This document shows, one piece after another, positions 40,047 to 51,581 of a stretch of DNA of 64,000 bases. Origin of the DNA: Basidiobolus meristosporus CBS 931.73. Its lineage: Eukaryota > Fungi > Basidiobolomycota. The stretch lies in assembly GCA_002104905.1 (NCBI GenBank), contig MCFE01000001.1, positions 281,099 to 345,098 of the forward strand. The letters are read 5' to 3'. A program made the position numbers and the translations under genes. How positions within the stretch are numbered: the first letter of the stretch is position 1; each line of letters begins with the position of its first letter. The notes below the pieces were generated by a model. It worked only from the letters and a program-made list of their open reading frames with translations, had not been told where the DNA came from and made no database searches.

Positions 40047-41243
40047 CACTCATTTTGATGCAACAGATAACACCGTCGGCTACTAATGACGAGTACCTGT
40101 TCCGATTAAATCATGCTCATATTTTGTTGCATCGTCATCATTAGACTAGTTTATTCAAGTGGAGAACTCCTTTTCCTGCCAATCACTCCTTACAACTGTG
40201 CAAAAGATAAAATACCAATGTGCATTGAGGTGACATACATGTGCTCAGCAATGAAATTAATCCCGGTAGCAAGTACGGATAGGAATACGTAGCCGATCCC
40301 AGTCGATGCATTACCATCACCTATCTGTTTGCGGTAGAATGAGGCATTCCCTTCAAAGCCAGGCGATCATCTGGGCGGCGAGATGGCAGACGGATGAGTG
40401 CTACTCCTGAACAAGCTGGCAGCTCTCGAGAACGAATCAAGGGTGTGGACTGTATGTTGAGTTTGTCGAAAGGTACAGTTGCCCTTATATACTGTTGCGT
40501 ATTTCACACATAGTCTGCCTTGTTCACTCAGAGGAGGTGATATTGCACTGAAACGTACATGGAGAGGAAGCACAAATACTTGAGATCATCAGCTGATATC
40601 AAAGCGAGCTGCCGAGCCAGCCAAACGAATCTTTAGTCATTCCAATGGAACACAGAGCACTTCGTACTAAGCATTCGGCTAGCCAATTCCACAGCACAAC
40701 CTTGCACCTAGATTATGGGCTATGGATCCGGCAAGAGAAATACGAGTGGGCAACACACCAATCGGTGTTTGAGTGCAGGAGTTGATTCGACTATTCTCAC
40801 CGTACATTTTTGCACTGCACAGAATATTTGGATAGGGCTCATTCAAACTAAAATCAATCTGGTTTCCTTCTCAAAATCTGGGTGGCTCATCAGATATCTA
40901 GTGACACCCTGCCATATATCCATATATCCATATACGGACTCTACAATGTACTAAATCCAAGGGCCACAGGAAAGCTTATATTGGTAGCGTTGTGCTAGAA
41001 CGCGCTATTAGTGGAAGAGTTTATAGTTCCCTAGTGCTACTATCTAACACCATATTTGTACACAAGATGCATAGTCCGTTGATGCCATGAATGCGCATAA
41101 AAGGTGTGCTAGCACAAGTGTAATGAGCAACGTACAATATACATCCTGCTATCCCTTCTGCTGGCGTTCTGGCTGTTTGCACAACATCTGATGGCTCACT
41201 ACCTGTGGTAATGGGTGCTTTCCTGGTGATGCATACACATTGG
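40047..41243 (-). repeat. Repeat copy 3 = right arm of the inverted repeat, cut off by a LINE 3' end
   Basis: Same peptide TVYKGNCTFRQTQHTVHTLDSFSRAASLFRSS in ORFs 38074(+) and 40367(-); homology stops at CATTGG/GTAGGGGG. Confidence 0.85.
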
Positions 41244-41825
41244 GTAGGGGGAGACCGTCACCAGCAGGTGAGATTGTTATTTCAGTTGAAACAAAGAAGC
41301 CAGTGCTACTGTTGTAGCTTTGATACAAGAGTGTGTAGCTGAGGGGAATTTGCAGGTAGGTTAACAAGAAGTGAATATAGTTCTTCAGTGCTCAAGAAAC
41401 TGTTCAGTTGGAAGGGGGGGTAGTAAGAGGGGTAAGAATGACTTGTGAACAACATTAATGAGGGGAATGTGATAAGGATTGATATTCATCATAAAGGGAG
41501 TGTGCTGCTTCAGATATTGCTGCCAAAGGTCTGTCAAGTACTTCAGGTAGGCCAGCTTGGGTTTTTATGACTGCAGAAGATAATGTGCAAGCTTCTTGAC
41601 TTCAGGATCACCAAGTATTGTTCTCCAGCAGGAGCCAGGTGTAGTGTGGTGTGTTCTCTTCCAGGCCTTGATCAGTGGGCTGTTGCAGTGGTGAAGCTTG
41701 AGATATAATTTGGTTCTAAGATAGAGAAGTCTGATCTTATAGGGCATAAACCCAAAAACACCACAAATAGCATGTCTGTAGGGGTACTCAGGCAGATGAG
41801 GCACCAGAGAGTTAATGCACCAGAC
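41242..41825 (-). mobile_element. LINE A1: 5'-truncated 3' fragment of family B
   Basis: Roughly 90% similar by eye to 60777-61370; starts GGGTAGGGGGAGACCGTCACCAGCAGGTGA. Confidence 0.9.
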
Positions 41826-42230
41826 TTAGGGGAGGGAAAGTCACCAAGGTAGGTGAAATCTTTATTTAATTTCACACAAGTTTAACTACAAATAAAGAAG
41901 CCAGCTGGGAATAGAAGATTCCCAAAGCAAACACCAAGTTGAATATGAAGAAATCTAAGCTAAAGTTAGGGCAGTATCCCAGAGTATGCTGGAGTTCAGG
42001 TTCATGAGGGAGTGAAGTAGATAAGCTTGAAAGATATAATAATTTTTTAAGAAGTGGGTAACAGCAGGTGAAGGGGAGTTTTTGATAAGTGAAGTGAATC
42101 ATCAGAGCAGAGATTCCTCTAATGAAAAGATCTTGTAAACTGGAGAATCAGGAAACTCTTTAAAGGTGTTTTATCCAAGAGAAAATTGTAATAAAACTAT
42201 TGAATGAGTTAACTGAACCCAAGTGACAAC
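41826..42230 (-). mobile_element. LINE A2: short 3' fragment of a diverged family
   Basis: TTAGGGGAGGGAAAGTCACC-N6-GGTGAAATCTTTATTT end module; weak similarity to the LINE C-terminal domain. Confidence 0.65.
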
Positions 42231-44932
42231 TTAGGGGAGGGAAAGTCACCAAGTTGGTGAAATCTTTATTTGAGTCAAGAACTAATCTAAGTACAAATAA
42301 AGAAGCCAATTAAGAAGTCTAGAGCCTCTCTAATAAGTACTCTAATTTATGTTTTGTTTCATCTCTAATGTTTGTTTCTATAAAGTAAAGCTCATCAGGG
42401 GTAAATACAAAATTCAAGGGTCTTGGGGGAAGTACCAATTGTAGATGTTTCTGTTCAATATAATCCAAGACTGGAATCCAGCCTGGAATTAGGTGAAGTA
42501 GGAAAGGTGTGTGGACTTTTAAGTAGCTCTGCCACATAGATCTTAGATGGTCCTGAGCCATTAGTCTTGGTTTCTCAGCTTTTTGAAGTTTTGAAGCAAG
42601 CTCTGTTACTACAGCAGAGCCAACCAGGGTGTGCCAGCAAGAAGATTTCAGGGAGGAGTTAGATTTAAGCCATTGTTTGATGGAGGGGTTATGTGATTTC
42701 TGAAGTTTGACTAGGAAGGAAGCACAGAGATAGATCATTTGGATTTGGTATGGGTAGAACCCAAAGGCTCCATAGTTGCATGGATATAGGGAGATACTGG
42801 AAGATAAGGTACCAAGAATCTGATACACTGATGGAGAAATTTATCCAGGCAGTGAAGTTCTCCGGAGGTTAGGGGTATAATGTGGAGACCAAATTCAAGT
42901 ACTGGCAGTACATACTGCTTCAGAAGTATAGGGATCTTTTGAATTGGGGTTTCTGGAGTGACTACTACCCAAAGCTTTTTAAGAACCTGTTGGGCAAGAT
43001 TGACCCTATTATTCAGGTGGAGCTTTGAGTCAATCCCATGTTGACAAAATGGCAAACCTTGATATATTGCTGTTGGTTGTAGCAGAATGGTAGTGTTCTG
43101 TATATTTGTAGTGCACTCAATTGGGACTGTCTTGGAAATTGAGAGTGAGAGGTTGTTGGCAGCCAAGTACTTCTCAATGATGGCAGTGTATGTTATGGGA
43201 TTAGGAGTAGCAATCTTGATATCATCCATATAGATAGTTAGTAGTGAATAGCAAGAGTCTGGTGAGGGGCCTTTTGAAAATAAAGAAAAGTCATATAGAA
43301 ATATCACAAATAATAAGGGACCTAATACAGATCCTTGGACTACTCCATTTGGAGCCTCATAAGTCTCTGATGTTCATTGCGGATGTAAAATTTTGGCTGA
43401 GTTCTCACAAAATAGAGAATGTACAAGAAGGGTCATTGGTAATATGGTAACTCCTAATAGCTTTCTCCAAAGCAGAGCTCTGTCAACAGAGTCAAAGGCT
43501 TTAGTAATGTCAAAGAGAATGGTTGGCAATAAGAATTGAAGTGAATGATCATGGCTTAGTACTATAGCTATATCCAAGGAGAGTTTGGGCAAGAAGCCAA
43601 ACTGAGAAGGATGAAATGGATGTAGTTGAGATTGTAAGGATCTTGCTATTATGAGCTCAAAGATTTTCAGGCAGGTTGGTAGGAGTGAAACTGGCTGGTA
43701 AGAACTTTGGAGTGAGTGTTTCCCCTTCCCTTTATATAGGGGGATTACATTTGACTGTGACCAGGCCATTGGGGTAGTCAATTGTTGGGCACAGAGAGTG
43801 TAGAATGGGAGAAGTAAGTGACTCATTTTGGAGTAGCACACCTGGAGTAGATCATAGGTTATCAAGTCATGTCCAGGTGCGGTAATTGCAGGAAGCTTCT
43901 TTAAAGTTTTCTCTAGAACCTTGGCTGAAATCAGAATTGGAGATGTTGGATTGCTGGATATGTTACCAGTATGGTAGAAAGGAGGAGTGGGATGTACAGA
44001 TGAATCAAAGAAAATAGGGGTCAGTTTGTCTGGTGATGGTATACTCCTTGCTTGGGGTCTCATGGCTTTGTATACTCTTGATATGGACCTTGTGGTGGCA
44101 TTCATATCTACCAAGGGCAAGGTATCCATGATATGACCCCATAATCTAGTATGCTCAGTGCTCTGTATTGACTTAGAGTAGGAGATTGTGCTTTCCAGGA
44201 GGTTCTGTGTTTTTGGGTTAGGGGAACAAAGGTAGCTGGAATTTAAGGCAGAAATAATGGATTTCCATTTAAGTTGGCTTGCAGATGGCATTTGGTAGGA
44301 CTTGGTGGGCAGGGCCAGACAGCCAGTGATTATGATGAAATGCTAGTAATATAGCCATAATGCATTTTTATCATCACAAATCCATGCAGGTAAGCTGGGA
44401 AATGCATATTCTGTAAGCAAGGATTGGTAGTTGGCAAAGTCTTGTATCTGTGATACTGAAGCTTTGGCTGGCAAGATTGTTAATGGCTGAAGAAGGGAGC
44501 CAATTGGTAGAGTTTTTCTGGCAGAAATGATAATATGTATTGGCTTGTGATCAGATTTCTCCAGTGAACCACAGCTGATATTCTCTGGAATGCTTGTAAC
44601 CTGGTGGATGTACTGTAAGGCAGCTGGAGTAGCTGTTACCCAGTCAACACAATGTTGCGCTTGCTGAGTGTTTAGAGTGGCCAGATGGTTTTGTTGGAGG
44701 AACTTTGTAAAGTGCTCTTCTTTGGTTCTAGGTCTGGATGAGATAGTGGTGATATTTTCTGGATGGGGAATATTTTTATCTCCCACTACCATACAAAGGA
44801 TTGATGAGCTGTTGATGAACTCTGATGTGGCCAAGAAAATTGCCAGTGTTGTGGAGTTGGAAAGAGATGGAGGGAGATAGATAGTAATGGCTACTATAGT
44901 TGGAACTGTTAGAGCATAGCAGTATTACTCAT
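42231..44932 (-). mobile_element. LINE A3: degenerate APE+RT element of a sister family
   Basis: YLPP, VGDKNIPHPEN, VDWV, SDH (APE); APGHD, YKGKG, QFGF, FDITKAFD, YMDDI (RT); stops and frameshifts; same 3' module. Confidence 0.92.
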
Positions 44933-44995
44933 TGTTGTATCCAAGAGAAAGTGTGATAAAACTCTTGAATGGTTTAACTGAACCAAAGGGACAAT

Positions 44996-45340
44996 TAAGT
45001 GCAGAATCTTAGAATTGTCAGAGAGTGGCAGAAATATCAGCAGAAAGATTCTGATCTAATATTGGTCTTGGATATAGCTGGGTTGGCTATAAAGACAATG
45101 ATATTTGTTTGCTAGGCAGGCTAGGATTGGTGTTCTTTGGAGTGCTAGATATACTAGGCTTGGATAGAAACTAGAACGGAATTGTTGGATTCTTATTTTT
45201 GCTGAGACAGAATCTTAATTTCATTGAGACACACACTAAACCAAAAGGTTCAGTAAACTTTATTTATACTTTTCTGATCAAGTTGAATTAGTAAGTGCCA
45301 AGGGACTGGATTGGTTGAAATCAATTTGGGTGTTCATAGG
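44996..45340 (-). mobile_element. APE N-terminal remnant (continuation of A3 or a separate copy)
   Basis: FSVCLNEIK near 45212-45240 matches APE motif II (CLQETK); many in-frame stops. Confidence 0.45.
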
Positions 45341-45750
45341 TGCATAAGATAAATGAAAATTACATCATCAATCAACTGATGTCTTGGCAACTGCACAGTG
45401 GTTGGATAGATCTCAGATGACTAATCAACTGGGAAGGCTTGGCAGATAGGTTGATAACGTAATGACCATTTGAAAATAGATCAGGTGTGATACCTAAAAA
45501 TAGATTCTGAGGTGGGATAAAATAAACTGTAACTGGGATTTGTTATGTTTGGGTTAGGGAAAATCAGTTAGGGTACTAGATTTTCAAACGGAGTAAAATT
45601 GGCTAAGTTTTAAATGTTGATGCACAGCATCACTTCCTTCTGGAAGAGGAGTTTTTTGATACCTTCTGGGTTCCTCTGCAGCTCCAATACTGATCAATAA
45701 TGGCAACATCATCAAAGCTGGTGTATGGTTCCCAGGTGTTGTGTTTGGCA

Positions 45751-48504
45751 TAGGGTTAGGGGGGAGACAGTCACCAACAGGTGAAATCTTTATTTCAGTT
45801 GAAACAAAGAAGCCAGCGCTACTGTTGTAGCTTTGACACAAGAGTGTGTAGCTGAGGGGAATTTGTAGGTAAGTTAATAAGAAGTGATGATAGTTCTTCA
45901 GTGCTCAAGACACTGTTCAGTGGGAAGGGGGGTAGCAAGAGAGGTAAGAATGACTTGTGAACAACATTAATGAGGGGAATGTGATAAGGATTGATATTCA
46001 TCATAAAGGGAGTGTGCTGCTGCAGATATTGCTGCCAAAGGTCTGTCAAGTACTTCAGGTAGGCCAGCTTGGGTTTTTCTGACTGCAGAATATATTGAGC
46101 AAACTTCTTGACTTCAGGATCTCCAAGTATAGTTCTCCAGCAGGAGCCAGGTGTAGTGTGGTGTGTTCACTTCCAAGCCTTAATCAGTGGGTTGTTGCAG
46201 TTGTGAAGTCAGACGTATAGTCTGGTTCTAAGGTAGAGAAGTCTGATCTTATAGGGCATGAACCCAAAAGAACCAAGAATAGCATGTCTGTAGGGGCATT
46301 CAGGCAGATGAGGCACCAAGGAGGTAATGCACCATACTGCAAACTTGTCAAGCTTAGTGCAGTCTCTAGAAGTAAGAGAGAGAAGTGGTAAGCCAAATTC
46401 CAGGACAGGGAAGACAAACTGCTTGAGTAGAAGGAGGCAGCTGGGAGCTGAAGTTGTAGGAGGAGTAACAGCCAACAGCTTGTGGAGTGCCTGTCTTGCC
46501 AGGATAATTCTCTTCTTCAGGTGTGCTCCAGAGTCTAGTCCAGTAGGAAGGAAAGGAAAGCCAAGATATGTAGCAGAAACCTGAGCAGGTAGAGTGGAGT
46601 TCTCCAAGTTGATGGGAGAGCCCAAAGGTACTGTCTTTGCAATGGAAAGCTGGAGTTTATTCTTCTGCAGATACTGGTGGATGGTCTGGGAGTCTTGTTG
46701 CACATTGGAGGAGGATATTCTGATGTCATCAGCAAAGAGAGTAACCAGGCAGTCAGCTGAGAGTCTTGGGAAATCATTCAGGAAGATGGCAAACAGTATA
46801 GGACCAAGCACAGAGCCTTGAACCACTCCATTAGGAACTGAGAACACAGCTGATTGCTCACTTGGGTGCAGAATTCTTGCTTGTGGATCCAGAAACAGAG
46901 ACCTGACAAGGAGGGTGAGAGAGGTACTGGAGAAGCATTGCAACTTGGACCAAAGCAGATTTCTGTCAACCAAATCAAAGGCCTTAGTAATATCAAACAG
47001 AACTGAGGGATACTTGCACTGGAGAGAGTGATCTTGGCAAAGTATGACTGCATATTCCAAGGAGAGGCCAGGAACAAAGCCAAACTGTGCAGGATGAAAC
47101 TTGAGGGAGTCAGAGTAGAGCTCCTGAGCAAGCAGAAGCTCAAACACCTTTCTGCAGGTGGGCAGCAGAGATATTGGCCTGTAGGAGCTAGGATCCAGGT
47201 GCTTTCCTTTACCCTTGTACAGTGGCAGAACATTTGCAAAGGACCATTCCTCAGGAGTAGAAAGCTGGGCTGAGCATTGCTGAAACAGTGGAAGCAGAAG
47301 TGCAGACATGGCCTTGGTACTAGTCTTCAGAAGCTCATAGGAGATTGTGTCCACACCTGGAGCAGTAGAGTTGGGAAGCCTCTTGAGCACATTATGGATT
47401 CTCCCTTGATCAAGTGCAAGTGGGATGGGCAGAGTCTTGAAGTCAGGATGAAAGCCAGGAGTTGAGTACTGCTTCGTAGAGAAGAATATGTTAGCCAGCT
47501 GCTCTGTTGAAGGTAACTTCCTGGAAGAGGGCCTCATTGCCCTGTAGAGTCTTGATACTGTTCTTGTTATAGAGTTGGAAGATTGCAGAGGCAAGGAACT
47601 CATAATATGATCCCAGAGCTGAGTATGCAGAGTGTGGTGAATTGCCTTGGAGTGGTGTATTGCTGTCAGGAGGAGTTTCTCTGTTTTTGGGTTAGGGAAA
47701 CTCAGGTAGCTTTGTTGCAGGGCTGAAACAATGGATTCCCATTTTCTTGAGGTAACAGCAGTAGTCTTGCATGGCAGTGAGAGGGAGGCAGACACCAGAA
47801 TCAGATGCTTCACAAAGAGCCAGGCATAGTTGAGATCATCTGGCAGAGAAAGTAGCACACTGGCAAGCTTCAAGTAGTTCCCAAAGTCTTTCTTCTGATT
47901 CTTGGTAGCTTTGTGGGTGAGCACAGTAAGTTTTGGCAGCTTCTTCTTCACAACTGGTTGCATAGAAAGGGACCAGGCTGGATGGTCAGAGGCTCTTAAG
48001 GATCTTAGCTCAGCTCCAGAGAATTGCTTAACTTTGTTCACAAAGTAGAGGGCAGCAGCAGAAGGGCAGATCCAGTCAACACATCTTTTCTCAGATTGAG
48101 CACCTAGTGCTAGCAGATGGCTTTCTCTCAGGAAGTTCAGTAGGAATGTAGACCTTAGCTTCATTCGTGCAGTCAGAGTAGTCTTGTTCTCAGGATGGGG
48201 AATGTTGAGATCTCCAAGCAAGATAATAGGTGTTGATATAGATTGCTGGTATTGCTGAGCTTTCTGGCATATAACTTGCACTTCCTGAAGGGCAAGACTT
48301 GGAGGCAGATAGCAGAGCACCAGACTGATAGTTGGCAACTGGAGAGCAGCACAGTAAGGGGAGTAAAGAGGAACACAGAGCTGAGGAGTATTGATGGTAG
48401 AAGAGATGAAGCAGATAGAGGAGGTATTCTTTGTTCTAGGAGTAGAAAAGCAATATAGATTAGTCAAAAGTATAGAGGGTAGCTGGACATCAATCAAACA
48501 CAGG
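45751..48504 (-). mobile_element. LINE B1: APE+RT, one nonsense codon after RT, 5'-truncated
   Basis: LGDLN, VDWI, SDH; YRPISLL, GVVQGSVLGP, FADD; stop at 46209 where B2 has Arg; very high identity to B2. Confidence 0.97.
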
Positions 48505-48517
48505 GTTAGGGTTAGGG
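48502..48517 (+). repeat. Interstitial telomeric relic AGGGTTAGGGTTAGGG
   Basis: Begins exactly where B1 diverges from B2 (CAAACACAGG|). Confidence 0.85.
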
Positions 48518-48552
48518 TATAGGAGTTGTGGTAAGGGCTACAAAGGGTAAGA

Positions 48553-48630
48553 AAGCAGGGGGTCTGGGGGCCGCAGTCACCCAGAAAATAAAATAAGCAG
48601 GGGGTATGGGGGATGCAATCCCCCATACTG
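48553..48630. other. Two ~33-bp GC-rich direct repeats; the second forms a perfect 11-bp hairpin
   Basis: AAGCAGGGGGT(C/A)TGGGGG..GCA.TC.CCCA at 48553 and 48595; stem GTATGGGGGAT/ATCCCCCATAC at 48604-48628. Confidence 0.8.
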
Positions 48631-50011
48631 CTCTTTCTTTATTAAGATTCCTTTCAATTTCCTCTGTTTTCTTTACTTTAATTTTATCCTAACCCTTCCT
48701 AACCCTAAACACTTTTTTTCCATTTTTCATTTTTTATTCAAATTACCATAAATATTGAGACTTATTCTTTGCTCACTGAGTATTCTTACTATCTCACCGT
48801 TAATTGTTATCCTTTTAGCCCTTTATCAATATTGAAATAAAAAAATTGAAAATCAATTATCCTATAAATTTTAGACCAAATATATAGATTTGAAATATTA
48901 TTAACTTTATATCATTGCTAAAGTCTAGCTCTTTGCTAATGCATATTTATATATGTTATAACTTACTTAAGACTTGTATCATTATATAGCAAGTTAAATA
49001 TCTTTTAATAAAGTTATATATATCATGATAAAATTTATTACAAAAATAAGGAACTCTCTGATGTTTTGGGCAACCTATATCATGCATGACTAATGTTACT
49101 CATGGATTGATGAATCAATTTAAATCCCAGTAGCCCAATTTAAAAATATTTCCAATGATTTTATAGTGAAAAATGACCGCATAATATAAAGTAATTATGA
49201 TATTTTTAATATCCAGAGTATAATAATATAAGTTGGTAGAATTACATACCTGTAACACATTTAACCTGCACATCATACACAGCCTGGAGAATGTCATTTG
49301 ATTTTTTATAGATATACCAGCTACACAAAACACATGTTGCAGAGTAACAACTGTGTGGCATTCAAGTGTAAAAGAAATCTTGCACCATGAACAAACAGAA
49401 AATTGAGAGCACATCTAATCTGCATTGCATAGGTAACTCCAGAATCAACCAACAAATTAGTTTGGTGATTATGCCTCTTTGACAGCTAAATCAAATGATT
49501 GGGTGTTATAAGAGTTGAAAAAAAACAAGTGTGCAGTGCTAAACTGCTTCAGAAGATCATAACCATGTTCAACATTTATGATTAGAGTAATTTATATATA
49601 ACAGAGTGGTTGATAAAGTATTTATTATACTTCTGGGTAGCAGAGGGATAGCTAAAATAATAATTATTATATTGTAGATACATCAGATAGTTTGCAGATA
49701 GATGAATCAGCAATTGAAATTGAAAAATTTACAATTGAATGTGGAGTAATATATTAAGAATAAAGTTGGTTGAATTTAGTGGTGATAATAGTTCAGATTA
49801 AAGCAAATATTTGAAATTGTTGGAGTATCAGTCATAGTTGACTAGAAAATAAAGAAATATATATAATAAGCAGGGTTAGCCAGATTCATATGAGGCAAAG
49901 TAGACTTTGACGTTATTCAGTGATTAAAAGTTTCGTAAAGTAGTATAAATAAGGTTCATAGTAAAATTCTGAAGATAGAAAACAATCAGCCAAGATAATA
50001 CATATCAAGAT

Positions 50012-51162
50012 ATGAGCCAAAGAGTACAATATTGTTATGCAAATCTCCCTACACATAGAGGAGATTTGCTCTTTAAGAATAGTATTACATGGAAATCAGC
50101 CCCTAGTGGTAAAGCACCTGAAAAGAAATCAAATAGCGCTTGTAGTGATGTAACTACAAATGAAGAAACAGATACTACTACTGCTAAATTAACCTTTGGA
50201 AGTATAACACACTTACAAGAGGTCCAGAGAAGAGGGGCAGAGCAATTGGTTCATCTTCAAAGACAGAGGACAATAGCAATTGAAAAGTTTTGTACTCATC
50301 TACAACTGGATCAAACCATGCCACATTATCCAGTTCTTCAGGTTGCCTACTTAGATTATGAACGCATGAAGAACAATGAGGCAGAGGCTGATAAATTAAC
50401 AGCTGATCAGTTGAATGATTTGATTAAGCAGGCAGAAGAAATGTCTTGCAATTGCAATGATAGTCCTTCCACAGGTTAGTATTTAGTGTCAGTTGTTATT
50501 ACATATAGGTATTTATATATGTTGTTTATTTCAAAATAATGAGAGTTAGCTCATCCAATCATAAACTAATTCTACAATATTGATATAAAATATATGTTTC
50601 ACCAAAGCTTTAATGTAAACCAAAATGAAACATGTAGTGATAAATAATTAAAGAGTAAAACTCATGCTCTATTACATTTATAAAAAATAAGTAGTGGTCA
50701 AGCAAAAGGAAGGATGGAAATTACTTGTTTCCATAAAATATGGATAAAAGATCATCAGAAGCAGAAAATACTGTTACGGTTGATTTAACGCAACGTAGGA
50801 GACAAAGAAGAACTAACAGAAGGCAGAGGCCTGAAGAAAGAGGAGAAGATCAAGCAGACAATTCCTGGGAAGTAAATGAAGAAGTAGTGAAAGTTACCCC
50901 TAAACAATGTTGGAGTAATCCAGTTGTGGAGGCTTTGGCTATGGTGCAAACAGAGCTTCCTGAATACTCATCCACTTCACACCACAAAATATTGCAAAGT
51001 ATGTGCCAAAAGATTATTACAATGCAACATACAATAGACAATCTGAAAAAAAAGAATGATGGACTCCAAATGCAAATCAAATATAATTTCCACCACTCAA
51101 CACAAGCATTAATAGCAGAAATGTTATTGAGTCTGTTAAGGAGCAGTACTCTGGAGGGGTGA
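50012..51162 (+). pseudogene. Exon-like ORFs of an unidentified decayed gene in the AT-rich block
   Basis: ORFs 50012-50479 and 50740-51162; GTTAGT donor-like site at the end of the first; no recognisable domain. Confidence 0.35.
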
Positions 51163-51581
51163 TTGATGTCAAAACCCTCAGTTGAAGGCGTTTTACTGAT
51201 ACAACTGCACCAGTTACACCATCTACAAGCAGTCAAGCAGAGAGACCATCAACCACCAATGAAGATGAAGAACAGCGTGTTACTTGTGGTGCGCATCCAG
51301 ATGAAGATATTGTAGATAGTATCATGGAATCACACTCATCAATTACTTCATGTAAAAGGCCACAATTACAGCCCCACCTACAGAAATACCAGTTTCAGGT
51401 ACATCAATGCCACCATTGCTGCCACCACTACCACTGCCATCAACAATATCTTGAAGAAGTCAGATAAATAAAATCAATGATTCCTTTGTGTATTATGCAG
51501 AGTTTAATTGATATATTAATAAAGTATGCTTAGTGCATTATCTACTTGACTAATATTTAACTAGCCAGTTGTAGACTATAA

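Noticed and set aside
48604-48645. Helitron 3' end
   Set aside because: Hairpin present, but no CTRR terminus at the expected distance and no Rep/helicase nearby
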